Below are positions 37,076 through 50,884 of a DNA stretch of 64,000 nt, piece by piece. Made by a program: the position numbers and the translations under genes. Position 1 is the stretch's first letter; every line of letters starts with the position of its first letter. Origin of the DNA: Octopus bimaculoides (Eukaryota); the NCBI RefSeq assembly GCF_001194135.2, contig NC_068982.1, positions 27,821,941-27,885,940 of the forward strand, written 5' to 3'. The notes beneath the pieces are model-generated. The model worked only from the letters and a program-made list of their open reading frames with translations. It searched no databases and was not told where the DNA came from.

Positions 37076-40000
37076 AAAAGGCTAGACACCTTTTTGTGTA
37101 GAGCTGTAGTGTCAATGAACTCATTTGGCAAATTTATTTGCAAGTGTCCCAATGGAGATGTGAAAACAATCTTGTATTACATATTCAGTATTTCACTTAT
37201 CCTTTGGAGATCTGCATTCAGTGAGCCATTTTCTTTGAACAGTGATCCTATCTTGTATTGTATTGAAGCAGACTTTTGCAAATCTAATAGAAGGCTTTAG
37301 GATTTGTCTTTACATTTTTTACAGCCCTGGCCCCTCTTATTTTCATGGAAGTGTTCGAGTTCATTTTAAACAGTGCTTGTTTGAGATACAGTTCCTCACT
37401 ATCCTTTAGTGACCTTTTAGACAATTTGAGATCTTTGTCATCGCATTAGAATTTTCCTATCTCTGGGAATTATGCTTTTCTGTTGGTTTGACATTCTCTA
37501 GAGCAAACTTACTGCATACATACTGCATAAAGACATATATATATATATATATATACATACATAAACTTACATGTTTACACGCACATGCATATATACACAC
37601 ACATTTATTCTCAGACACAAACATGTAACATGAATATAGACACACACATGCATATATAAAAGTAAGCATGAGTGTGTTGTGAGCTTGTGAATTTCCACAT
37701 GTCTGTATATTGTCACCGTATGAGCAAAAGCAGGGTTTAAGTTTCAAATAATATTTCCCCATAGTTTAGTGATTTTGTTGCATGTGAAACAAATGGAATA
37801 TGAATACTTTACTGGTATAAAACGAAATGGTGACAGGAAGGGCAACTGGCTATAAAATACTGCCTTAAACTTTTATCCAACCCAATGTAGCATGGAAGAA
37901 GTGGATGTAAAAATGCTGACTTATGAAGTTGAGAAGAATTTTGTTCAAAGAATGAATTTTAACAACATATCAAAAGCACAAAAGAAAAAAAATAAAGCAT
38001 TTAGAATTAATTGCGAAATGGTTCATTTAGCTTTTTCAGGTTTAGTAGACACATAACAGCTAACAGGATGAAGAGAGACTGTCTACTACCAATACCATAA
38101 CAAAATGTTTATAATGTGAAATCAACAGTCAAAACAAAATCATTCCAACTAATTAGAATGTTCTAAATTTTGAATTTTTGGAAAAAGAGACATTTATGAC
38201 TAATTGATAAAACCTTGAAATAGAAAGCCTACAAATGCTAAATATTCAGTGAATTTTATTTGAAGCTGATTATTCGCTCTGCTGCTACTCAGAGTTTCTT
38301 GCTGCATGCAGAATGAGAGAGAGAGAGTGCAAACACTTAAAACTTACAAGCCCCCCCCCCCCAAACAAATGGGATTAACTTCACCCATTTTAACAAATAT
38401 TGAGCAGATAATATTTAACAAATTTAACATTAACAACAAATTTACAAATATTAAATGCTTTACAGTTTGGAGGAGAGAAATCTCTTGAGCATAATCAGCA
38501 AATATCAACTTTCCCTCATATAAGGAGAAAAAAAAAACAAACAAACAAAAAATAACACACACACACACACAAAAAGACAAAATCAAAAATTAAAATTTTT
38601 TTTGTTAGTAATTTTAAAGGCTGGACAAATGGTAGATTCTTGAACTAAAAATACAGTATTTAGTTTTTCTCCTCCTACTTTCTGAGCTGCAGAATTTGAC
38701 TTTACCTTTTCAACTCTCTTGGGTTTGATAAAATATGCACCAAGCATATATTATAGTTGATTTTATCAACTATAAAATACTCTCACAAGAAATGTATGGT
38801 CTGTTTGAAGTCATTATGAAAACAAATCTAAAAAGAAGTATTGATCTAGATATATAAATAGCATTTTGCTTTGAACACAACACAAGGCTCAAGATAATAG
38901 AGATCAATATATTGCAGAAATTAATTTGAATGGCTGTGAAAATTGACAAATACCATTATTCTAATTAAATCAAATTTGGTAGTAACAAGATTTTCCAATA
39001 GTAATTTACCTACTTTTTGTATTATGAAAATAGTATGCAAAGTTCCAGTAGAATTCAAACTGTTTACTTCATTATGCCAGTCTGTAACCAATTTGGCCTT
39101 GTAGTCACAATCTTTAGAAACTGATAAATATAATGAACCAAGAAAGCCTTCTTTTGTGCTAATGGGGAAGGATGATTGACTTGCTAGAAATAGCAGCTGA
39201 ATCTCCCTGAATCATATACTATTATCTTGAATAAGGGAAAGCCACTAGATATTATAGCCCTAAACATATACTCCTAAAAAAAAAAAAAAATGAAATGGTC
39301 ATGGCTAGAACACCTTTGATTGATTACATTTGACAACAATAGGTAAATGTAAACTCCAGAACATAGCATAGATTTTATAAAATTTGACAATTCATTAAAT
39401 GAAGCAAAAACATGATAATTCCATTCTATTTTGTAAAGCCTACAAAATTAAAATATTTACTATTGTTTATATTTTAGGATGGTCATTTATTTTTCTTTTT
39501 GCTAAATAAACATGCACTATATACTCATCCTTCACTTCAGCTTCATTATTCTACTTATTTTAGTAGTCTTTGTCTGAACTCTTTCATCACACGTCTCCTG
39601 TTCTGTTTAATCCATTGTTTTTCTGTGGTGTGTATCCTTATCTATGCATGTGTCTGTATCTGTGTGTGTGTCTATGTGTGTTTTGTGTGCTGTAAATGGG
39701 TTTGCTTACTCTATTGTTTGTATGTGTTTTATTTAGTCTTTTATTTGTTTATTTACTTTTTGTTATTCCTTAAGTATGTGTGTGTATGGGTTTATGTATT
39801 ACACTGTATCTGTCTTTTTTCTTCTCTCATTCTGTCTGTAATCATGTTGTGTAGTATGGTGGAAGGGTGAATAAAGCTGAAGCAACAAACAAGTATATAG
39901 TGTATGTGGTTATTTAGTAAATAACAACAAAAAAAAAATTGACCATCCCGAAATATATCCGTTTCAACACACAATTCATACCAGGAATCTTCCAAAACAA

Positions 40001-40927
40001 ATACATAAATGTAAATATTTACTTTTTTAACCAAAGAAAATGTAATTACTTGGCTCCTAATTTTATAAAATAGTACACAACCAGTTATTCCTCCAAATCA
40101 CAAAAGAACAGTTATCATCAATGGCAAAAAATTAAAAACAAAAATTAGTTTCAGATGCTTAAAAAACCAATATTAAATATCAGTTTATACTGGCATGAAA
40201 GTAAAAAGTTAAAAAGCTACATCTGCCATACAAATAAGAAGCTAATCTACAAAAGATTTTTTTTTTAAGAAGAGAATGTAAATATATATTTTTCCTTTAA
40301 AGCAACATTATCAAAAATAAATAATTATATATCTACTCATCATGTAGTAGTTATATTTGAACCTCTTATCTATCAGTTTAATTCTAATAAAACCACTAAT
40401 TTTAATATTCATAAAGAAAATTCTATTTAACTTTCATATAATACTAAAGATAGTCGCTACTTGGAGTTTATATGCAGTTGCTCAACTGGCTGGAAATAGC
40501 AACTAAATCATTGAAATTATCAAGATAATGTGATCCAATGTGTACTGCAGTAAAACAGGAGGACAAGATGGTCATGACTGATACATAATATTGTAGGTCT
40601 CTCTGATCATGGCAGACTCGAGACTAAACATCACCATAGATTTGAGCTATACTTTTTTTAATTGTACATTTCAAATATTTCCTTAATTTCGGATTAACAA
40701 ATTTGAAAGCAATTTAGATTTTTTACTTCTGTGTAAGAGGCTGGCAAAAAGATCTAGGAGATACTATACAAAACAACTAGTTTCCCACAAAAACAAGGTT
40801 ATCTTTTGCATTAGTTTGCATTCATCCAGAGTAAAATAAAATTGAAAACTTGCTTTTTTTTTTTATTGCTTTAAAATTCCTCCCCAGCACAACTAAAGTT
40901 AAAACTTTAGTTCAGAATTTGACTTAC

Positions 40928-41004
40928 CTGAGAGCATGTACACAATATATGGCTCGGGGTACATTTTTCTTATCATAGATGTCAGTGGTTTCAGGATAAA
41001 ATAT
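40928..41004 (-). CDS. IQGAP: IQGAP exon, 77 nt (IFYPETTDIYDKKNVPRAIYCVHALS)
   Basis: Acceptor ttttctcaattccag|ATA; donor CTC AG|gtaagt. Conserved CH-domain FYPETTDIYD motif. Confidence 0.97.
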
Positions 41005-41649
41005 CTGGAATTGAGAAAAAATGTGTTATATAGAATATTTTAACAAAAAATACTATCTTATTAAGATATTCAAATTATTCTGCTAAGTGTAACATTTGTT
41101 TTTCTAGTCTATGTATCAAAACACACAAAGTTTTCCACATATTTTACATATATGAGCTTCATTTTGAATATTAACTTTTTTAGATAGGTAGCATTCTGCA
41201 TAACTTGTAAAATCACATCCCTATTTTACATAAAGAAAAAGGTAAAGAAGGAAGCATAATCAAAACTGAAGTTAATAGAAAGACACAACAGTGGTGTGAG
41301 CACGATGAATGCAAGGACAATATAGGAGAGAGCATGATGAATGAAAGGGCAATACAGAAGGATCTGATGACACTGTCAAAAAATGGAATGGGACCAGGGT
41401 AATAATGATCTTGAATTGTCTACTAACACGTGATAGTCAATGAAAGAACCAATCACAACTAAGTTATCAAAAGGTTCAATTATATGCAACAGTTATCAAA
41501 AAAATCGAGATGCAAATTTATTTTTAGAGTATCATCCTTTTATGAAAGGGTTTGCACAAAGACAAATTCAAGAACACTGGCATATATAGCATTCACTAAT
41601 ACAAAGTAGCATGAAAGTGCTACTTTATAACATTAGACATTATCATTTG

Positions 41650-41837
41650 TAGTAATCCCTTGACCATCACGGGTGTTACATTCTAAAACCCTTGCGATAG
41701 GTGAAAATCCAAAGTAGAAACAGTACTGTATATTTTTATTATTTTATTATATAAATGAAAAACAACCATGGGGGAATAGATGTAAGCTTAAATAATAAAC
41801 CATGATAGGTAAATCGCGATATGACAAGGGATTACTG
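41650..41837. mobile_element. Tigger/pogo-like MITE, copy 1
   Basis: TIR (C)AGTAATCCCTTGACCATCACG / CGCGATATGACAAGGGATTACTG; homologous to 43336-43558. Confidence 0.8.
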
Positions 41838-42766
41838 CACATAACTTTTCCCCCCAGATAGCCATGACCCTTGATAAAAGCTAAACTGCAGTTTACCTCT
41901 AATAGTACCAACAAAAAGTCATTTTAAATGCTATTATCTTAAAATTGTGGAGTTTACAATAAAAATTATACAAGCAATTTTGGATTAGAATCTACTTTAT
42001 AGTAAAGTTAAGAATATACGTGTATGCATGCACAAGTCTATGTCATTCTGACCTATTTATGAGACAGCACCCTTTCACATGTCAGTGCCCACTAGACACT
42101 ACAAAACTTGAAATACTTTTAGCCTATTTCTCACTTTCAAACCCAATATGACCAGCTATTCTGGTCTCTCCCATAACTAAAAACAATGTCTAATAATTGC
42201 GTAATCAAGCCAACCTGTATAACATCCTAACACACAACAAGCCCCATACTTCACAAATCATCTTGTAGTTCAAGTATGCTTACTCGTCTCTCTCTCTCTT
42301 CTCAGTAACCAACAGTACAGTTTCCATAAAGCCAAATCTACTGGCTTTATGGGGACTTTGATGAAACCAATTATTTTTCTATTGCACCAATAAAATCTTT
42401 GAACGTCATGAGAATCTCCTTGTACAATGACCCAAATCTATCATGCAGCCTAACTGTTTGACTCTTTCTGTGCTTGAATGGGATGTTTGCTCTTTTCCAT
42501 GCACACCCATAGTAACGACACGGTTCTCTAATTTTTGCAAACATATCCTTTTACCAGTTTTGCACTACCTTGAACAGAAAGCTCAAAAACATCTTCTAGT
42601 GGAGACATGGGGAGTTATAGCTTCAAGATCACTTGGACATAATCACTATGAATACCAAGGAACCAGTCATGCACTACATTCTCCTTATGTAGTAACAACA
42701 CCACTAAAAACTCTTGAAATCGCTGTAAATGTTAGAACTCATTATCTGATAACTTTTCATAACTCC

Positions 42767-42800
<34 letters not shown>

Positions 42801-43335
42801 GCTAAAACAACAACCAGGTCACTAGGTCTCCTCTTGAAGTTCAGGAAATATTTCAGCACTAATTAGTTGCTCACTCACTAACAAAGCTGAAATATAACTA
42901 TATTAGAGTGTTGCCAACATATCTGGGATATTGCTTGTACTATTGGAGCATTATAAACAAGTCTAGGATAGTGGTTGTGCTTTATACACACACACACACA
43001 CAAATATTGAAGTGGTGTTAACATAGTGATTATACTATACAGACAACATTTTACACAACATAAAAAATAAAAAAACTTTAGCTGATTGGCAAATGTTCAC
43101 AAATTCACTTCAATCTCAGAGTTGTCCATCTCTTTTACCATTACTACAAAAGCTCTGTCCCTGAGAGCTATTAAAAAAGTTTTATTACCATTTAATGTTC
43201 TTGTAGTTTGTATTTTCTTATCTTTAATATATGGGCTGTGCGACTAAAAAATCCACTTTGGACTCGCAGAAAGGTTCAGTTCCACTGTGTGGATGTTGTC
43301 AACTGGTATCTACTATAGCCATGGATTGACCAATA

Positions 43336-43558
43336 CAGCGATCCCTTGACTATCGTGAGTATTACGATACCAAAACCCCTTGTGATAGGTGAAAATCCGA
43401 AGTAGAAACAGTACTGTACAGTATTTTTTTTTTTTATTATTCTTATAATTTGTATATATTTATTTTATTATAAATGCAAAACAACACCACAGAGGAATCG
43501 ATGTAAGCTCAAATAATAAACTGTGATAGGTGAACCGTGATATGGCGAGGGATTACTG
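43336..43558. mobile_element. Tigger/pogo-like MITE, copy 2, with TA TSD
   Basis: TA|CAGCGATCCCTTGAC ... TGGCGAGGGATTACTG|TA, inserted into a family A/B SINE. Confidence 0.88.
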
Positions 43559-43652
43559 TACCTTGTAAGTGAATTCGATAGGTGGAAACTAGAAGAAGCC
43601 AACCACATTTGTGTGTGTGTGTATGAAAATGAGTGCATATAACTCCGATAAG

Positions 43653-43865
43653 TGGAGGCGCAATGGCCCAGTGGTTAGGGCAGTGGACTCGCGGTCATAG
43701 GATCGCGGTCTCGATTTCCAGAGAGCAAAAACACCTAAAGCTCCACGAGGCTCCAGCAGGGGATGGTGGTGAACCCTGCTGTACTCTTTCACCACAACTT
43801 TCTCTCACTCTTACTTCCTGTTTCTGTTGTGCCTGTATTTCAAAGTGTCAGCCTTGTCACACTAT
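43653..43865 (+). mobile_element. tRNA-derived SINE, family C
   Basis: Head GGAGGCGCAATGGCCCAGTGGTTAGGGCAGTGGACTCGCGGTC with A box TGGCCCAGTGG and a degraded B box; non-tRNA body follows. Confidence 0.8.
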
Positions 43866-44159
43866 GCCAACCATAACTCCAATATGTGCATTGATTATAA
43901 ACAAAACTTCAAACAGTATCATTTATTTGCAATCTACCAGAAAAATATGTCTAGCTTTCTTCACAAGTCTTGATGTGTGTATGTTGATTATAAACAAACC
44001 TTCACAATTCACACAGTCATTTCTTTGCAGTCCCCTTGCAAAAGCATGTCTGAGATCTTTATTACTTGATAAACTGGGGGAACATCAACAGCCTGGATGA
44101 ATGTAGTCCAAGTGAAGGTGGAATGCAAGTTACAGATACTTGTGGTGGAAAATAGCTAT

Positions 44160-44299
44160 TGAGAGAGAGAGAGGAAAAGAGAGAAAGAGAGAGGAAGGGA
44201 GGGGGGAGAGAGAGAAAGGGAGGGGGAGAGAGAGAAAGGGAGGGGGAGAGAGAGAGAGAGAGAAAGAGAGANNNNNNNNNNGAGAGAGAAAGGGAGGGG

Positions 44300-44340
<41 letters not shown>
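44160..44340. repeat. (GA)n/(GAAAGGGAGGGG) polypurine tract containing a 10-N gap (44272-44281)
   Basis: Direct reading. Confidence 0.95.
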
Positions 44341-45712
44341 CGACTGTCAGGAGGATTTGAGAAGAGGTAGATATAAACTCCCTAATCGAAAGTCTGAGCC
44401 TTACAGATCACAAGGCTGAACTATAGGATACTGCAGATCTTTCTAACCTAAACCAACTTGGTAAAAACAGGTTAATATATTGAGTGATTACAACAGGTTA
44501 CTAATGTTAATAAAAAATTTGTAGTAATTGTGGCACTAGTTAATATTACTTTCATGTATATTTTTTTCATGAATCTCTATTTGCTGTTAATGTTCATAGA
44601 AATAAAACAACTTTAGGGCTAATCTGAACTAACCGAAAATAGGGTTAATTTAAACCAAGATGTATTCTTGCACCTATTGAGTATTTATGTTTTGACTGAA
44701 ATGTATGCAGAAGAACTGGCTAGCTAAGTGCCAGCTGTATATCTATAAAAATTATGTACATGTATCTAAACACTAACAAATTTGTACTTTAGAAAACTGG
44801 ACATCTGCATTTCACAAACTAAACAGTAAAATCTAGTTTTTCCAGTTTCCTTTGACTGTGGTGATTTTCTTTAAGTTGTTTGGTGGGTTTGGAAGTAGGA
44901 AAGAAAAGATGAGAAATCACAGGAGATATTAAAGTAAGATAAAATTGACAAGAAAGTAAAACAAAAACTGAGACCAACAAAATAAAATAAATAGAAAAAC
45001 TAAATTTGTACTCTCAGTGATGCTAATTTTATTTCAGATGATGTTGAAATATTTGTCTAGTTTTTCACATTGGATTCATTAGATAAAGCTGCTATAATTT
45101 TAGAAATTTCTTTTATATAAAAGAAAAAAAAAATTCAATCCATTCTTAATTGTTTAACAATTTTTTTAAGAAAGCACAACATGCAGATATAATAAATCCA
45201 CATGCTAAATCCAGTTTTGATTTCATTGTGAAGAAAATCATTTCCAACTTCAGTTTTCAAATGATGTCCTAACATAAAATAAAATGATTTCATTCTTAGA
45301 ATTGTTAACTGTTTTGTGACTATAATTCTAACAGAATACCATTTTATTTTTTAAGTAATCAAAAATTTAAGGATTTAAAAGCATAAAATACTTTTCTGCT
45401 GTTTAGAACAACATAAAAGATGTTCAATTAAAATCTTACATTGTTTCCATGTCATAATGAGATTTTGTTTGAAATATTTTAATTAAATATCAACACTTAA
45501 TTTGCCTTGTCTTTGTCAGGTAGGTATTGACAAAGTTAAAGAAATTATAAAAAGTATTAATTTTTGCAAGACAAAGATATATTAAAATTACTTGCAATAT
45601 GACAAATGAAATAGAAGTGCTAGAAAAAAAAGTGTGCATGTTTAAGTCTATCTGCTTCAGTGAGAATGAAATTGGCAAAAATTCAATAAATTACTGAGAT
45701 AAGTTCCCTTAC

Positions 45713-45790
45713 CGGAGGAAGACCAATTTCTTCCATAGCAGTGAGCCAGTGGTTGATATTATCGGTATGTCTGAAATGGAGACCAGTGGC
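45713..45790 (-). CDS. IQGAP: IQGAP exon, 78 nt (ATGLHFRHTDNINHWLTAMEEIGLPP)
   Basis: Acceptor atatttttccttgcag|GCC; donor CCT CCG|gtaagg. Conserved GLHFRHTDN motif. Not in the ORF track (too short). Confidence 0.97.
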
Positions 45791-46137
45791 CTGCAAGGAA
45801 AAATATATTAATTAGCTAATTTGTAGATTTCCCAATTGGCAAGTTATCAAACATTTTATAGACATCTATAAAAAAAGTTTATTAATAAATTAATGTGTTC
45901 ATACATACACAAACTACAATGAAATACATATGTTCATACCACACCATATGAACATATGTATAAATATTAACAAGGTATCACCAAATCAAATGAGTGGAGG
46001 ATATATTTCATTATTCGAAGTATTTGAAATCCAGATAGAAATAGATCAGTAATATATTTGCAATGAAGTTTAATGACCTCTCACTTTCTTTTCCAGTTTC
46101 CATAACAAATTTTCTCATCACTATCATCACCATTTAA

Positions 46138-46325
46138 CCCTTTAGTATTCAGATTGTTCTGAATTAATCTTTGATTATCTTGTAGCTTTGCGATTTACAT
46201 GATCTGAATGTTATGCTTAAAATGTCATTGCAGGATGGATGGGAGAGGCTGGATCTGGCCTGTTTGAACTTAAAATAGGTAAAAAAAAAATTTGGCCAGA
46301 TATGGCTGGTTTAAATGCTAAAGGG
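46138..46325. mobile_element. piggyBac-like MITE with perfect TTAA TSD (related copy 58717-58934)
   Basis: TTAA|CCCTTTAGTATT ... AATGCTAAAGGG|TTAA; internal homology with 58717-58934. Confidence 0.85.
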
Positions 46326-48108
46326 TTAATATCCACTTTTTCATGCTTGCATTGGTCACATATTGAAGCAAATTTTCTATAACCAGATGCCCTACTTGAT
46401 GCCAGTCCTCACTTGCTTCCAAGCAAGGTAATATTTCTCCATGATCAGACAGGTTTTCAGGAAAGATTAGAGGACACCTCTTATATGATGTTAATGCATG
46501 TTTATAACTATCATGTGATATCAAAACAAAAAAACACATACACTTAGACACCCATTTACTACATACATGATGGGCTTCTTTCAGTTTCTATCTACCAAAA
46601 TCCACTTACAAGATGGCCATCCTGGGGCTATAGTACAAGACACTTGTCTAAGGCACCACACTGGTATTGAACCTGTAACTACATGAATAGGAATTGATTG
46701 TAACCATACAGCAATACACTTGTGCATACACAGTTGGTCTTAATGTACACCTCAACTCCCTCTCTATATCTCTCTCACACCTCAGCACAGCTTCCACCCA
46801 CATCCCCACAACTAACATTAAGCCTTCCTTTGACCCTAAGTCCTCCCATTGACTGCTATAGGTCAGAGATTCTAAGATAACTGGTCTACTGCCCTACCAT
46901 TCAAACAGCCAACCACCCAGTTTACCTTAGCTGAAGTAACCATTTGAACAGACAATTGAACAAGCAATCAATATTTTCTCAAATATTTGATAATGATATT
47001 TTTTTTAAAATTTATAAAACTGGCAAAAGCCATTCACGATAAAAATAGCAAAGATAGCATTAAAAATCTAAAAATGAAATTTTTAAAAAATATGCATTAT
47101 CTAAATTGCTAAGAGACCCGAATCACCCACAATATATAAAACCAAGAAAATTATATACATGTCTTGAGTTCTACTTTGTTTGCATCACCCAACATATACA
47201 TACATTATATACGTGTGTGTGTGTGTGTGTGTGAGAGTAAAGGATTGTTCAAGAGTCCCTTTAGTTTTTATATGATACATAATTTTTTAATTTTCATACA
47301 ATTTTATACACATTACAAATTAGCATAATAGATAACTAAATAAGGTACTGGACTCCGGTGTATTGCACTGTGAGTATGTCAAAAATGCTTTGAATATAAA
47401 GATAAAGCTTATGTTTAAATCTCTAAGATACAATAGCCAAAATTAGCAAGATATAGGACACCAAGTTTCTATATCAAATGAACATTTTATATTTATCACA
47501 AAAACAAAGCTATATTTAGTTAGACTTTCAAGGTAGTTAATGAAATAATTACTTATATCTTTAATATAATTTTTCCAAGATTAAATTGCTAAATTTATTT
47601 TAAGAAAACTGTTGGCTATTATTATGGCAATATTTACTGTAAGAAATAATTATTTCCAAACTGCTTGTTAAAACATTGCAATTAGTAAAATAACAAACTA
47701 AATAAATAATAAAACAACTCAGTTTTCAAAATCTAATTTTGAAAATAAAAATGATTCAATGCAAAACAATTTTACAGGTTCTTTAAAACAACATCACCTA
47801 AGCTAGTGTTAAAAATTCCTGTCCAAAGCATTCTCAATATACTTATGTTTGATCTACACCAAAAAAAAAAAAAAAAAAAGCTTAAATGTTCACTTTTTAA
47901 ATTGTTTATTGTTCTACTTTTAAATCATACCATTCATATTATGTTAGGGTAGAATATTTTTCTTAGAGACTTCAAAACCACCTTCAACACATTTGCTTAC
48001 ATTCACTAAACCTATGTAAACAAAGAAAGCAAATTCAGAATACTTAAGTACAAAACCAATAACATTTAAGTCTTAACTTACACAACATTAAATTAAGCAT
48101 CACTTTAA

Positions 48109-48351
48109 ACTCTTTAACTGCAAAATTAAATTCCATGGCTATTCCAGTACTGATGTTAAATATCTATAAAAAAAATAGAACTGGTATTTTCTGCAAGTTA
48201 CATTGCCTCAATAAAGTTTGACATATCTCAACAATAAACAGTTTCAAACAGGATACTGCTCATTGAAATAGATCTTGGTGTACAAACTACTTTCTGCAGT
48301 TAGGGGCAATGAGATTTTGAGAGGATGCATCTGATTTTTGAAGTCAAAGGG
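48109..48351. mobile_element. piggyBac-like MITE (family of 4788-4972)
   Basis: Right end TTTTGAAGTCAAAGGG|TTAA, degenerate left end after TTAA, shared attccagt..tgatgttaaatatct core. Confidence 0.6.
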
Positions 48352-50448
48352 TTAAACTCTAAAATACTATTTTCCAATGCTGAACTGAAACAGTTTCCAC
48401 AAACTTTATTCCTTTACAGAAGTCACTTCACAATTCCTAAAAGAAAATGGAATGTTGTCTTTTGCAAGTATCAAATTGTTCTTACATAATCTAAACTTAG
48501 AAACTACATCAGTATGATGGATCTGTGAAATCAATCAATTTTATGAGACAATTCTTTTTGAGCACTTCTATCAAACCACATTTGTGTTGACTATTTCATT
48601 TTTGAAATACAAATCTAAATTTACTAATGCAAAGAATGGTTTCATAATAATAAAAAAAAAGGTTGTCATTTAGCTAGCACAGAAAAATTGATAACATAAT
48701 TATATATGCACATATAAGGAAGAAAAAGCTACTAATATACATAAATATATTAGAAATGCATATGCAAATAAAAAATATATAACTTTTTTTAAATATTTAA
48801 AACCAGACAATGTATTTTAAAAAATTACAATCTCTGACATTTCTGTAAACATTTACTTCACAAAAAACAAAACAAAAAAAAACATACCATCTTTCTTACA
48901 TTTAAGAATTAGCCTATATGAGACCCTTTTCTGATAAACATTTAAGAACCATTCTAGCTAAATTAGAGATTATAGATAGATTATCTAGATGTAATATCAA
49001 AACCAGTTACTATGATAGACATGCATCATCCTTCAACAATAAATAACAGAAGAAAGCAATCATATTCTAATTAACAATATTACATTTTATACTTGCATGT
49101 GAAAACTTTCAAAAGATACAATATAAAAATCATAAAATATTTATCAAATTCTAAACAGTAGATTCTAAAGCAAATGGTTAATTTTGATATTTCAAATCTC
49201 AATGTAAGAATATGTCAAAAGAAATCACTCTTGGCACAGGCTAATACCTCACAAATTCAACAAAAATATCAAGTTATCTCTTAGTTAATCAAGGCAATAA
49301 TACCAGTCAAAAAGAACTTCAAATTCTGATGCACAGCATCTTAGGGAAAAAAAAGTCTGAATGATAAAGCTCATAGTCAAATTGAAGTCATTGTCAAAAA
49401 TATATCTCTTAATAATTTAAAGAGAGAATTGACAGCCAGAAGCAAGAATTTTCAGAAGGCTATGGTAAACAACGTCATTTGAAAAGTGTTAATAGAAAGT
49501 TAATAAACATCTGTTTCCAAGAGTTTCTGTAATATTAAGAAACTTAGATATAATCAATAATACCCAAAATGAAATGCTAAGTAAGTATATTTATCAGTTA
49601 ATTGCACACAATGTTGAGATAGATCAAACATTAGGGACTATTACTGGAAATATCAGATAATTGCATGGACATCTGAAAAAGAATTTATTCTGAAAATAGT
49701 ATATAGCTCATCTGGTAAAACTCTCATAACATTAATAGAATCTAATTGATTACATAATAGAATGTGGATTCCATATCGAAAATCATTTCAGTTATAGATT
49801 CTGCAGCTAATGCTTATGAAACAAGCATAAAACATCAGAATATTTCATTTCCATTCAAAGATATAAACCCATTGAGCTTAATGGAATAAATAAAATTAAT
49901 AGTTTGAAGTTTTACAACAATAGCTAAATGGGATACAAAAGGACTAAAGTTGTGTTTTACCTCTTTGTTCAAGATAATGAATAAATCTCTAAATGCAACA
50001 AGCCTCTAATTTTTTCTAAGATTTTGAGATGTTCCTAGCTGTACATTGGATAATCAAAAACCCTGCATACAAAACTATATACGAAGAGATTTTCTAAGTT
50101 TATGAGAGCACACAAGAGAAATGAAAGTAATTTCTATGGTAACACAGCGATATGCAGTTAAAAAATAGTAAGAGTAAAGACCCAAGTAAAAAATGCTACT
50201 TAATACAAATTACAGAAATTTGTTAATTTCATTTGGCTTAATCTTATCTGATAATTTAAAATAACGAATGTCTTGGAGCTGGATAAATAGTAGCTTATAA
50301 GCCTACTGCCAAATGCAATTAGCAAGCATGGCTATGTGGTTAAGAAGTTCACTACTCAAGTGTGATTTTGGATGCAGTTCCAATCTGCAGTATCCAGGGA
50401 ATATACCTTGTGTGTGAAATTTGGTAAATGGAAGATGTATGAAGCCAA

Positions 50449-50451
<3 letters not shown>

Positions 50452-50499
<48 letters not shown>

Positions 50500-50508
50500 C
50501 GTGCGTGT
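50452..50508. repeat. (TG)n(TGCG)n microsatellite inside a SINE
   Basis: Direct reading. Confidence 0.97.
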
Positions 50509-50884
50509 GGGCTTACATTCTATATTGAGGTGCAAACAGTAACTAGCCGTCTAGCTCTGTCCATTCAAAGGCATGGGGAATAAAAAAAATGAAAAGTCCT
50601 TTATTTGAAAAGACAAGTAATCATTAGTGATAGGAAAGACATCTTGCTTCAGTGTTATGTATTCATCTAATTCATGATAACATGGAAAAACAGACATTAT
50701 ATCAGGCTCATCTCAATGTTTATTGGCAGCAGTTTAAGTTTGATTTCCTTTCCTTGTGTCGAAAAGAGAAACTGGATAATAGGAAGAGAAGCAAGTATTG
50801 TTCCTATGGAGTGCCTTCATATCTTGTACAAAACACAATATCAAAATTTCTCTTAATTGCACTATAAATTATAATAGTCAGTTC

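Noticed and set aside
36589-37152. Cys/Val- and His/Thr-rich ORFs here and at 22955-23369, 29640-29942, 39499-39870 and 44140-44419
   Set aside because: Mainly translations of (CA)n/(TG)n/(GA)n microsatellites; the 29640 ORF also overlaps an L2-like remnant.
43653-43730. tRNA-like sequence
   Set aside because: No complete cloverleaf or acceptor stem, and it continues into a repeat body: a SINE head, not a tRNA gene.
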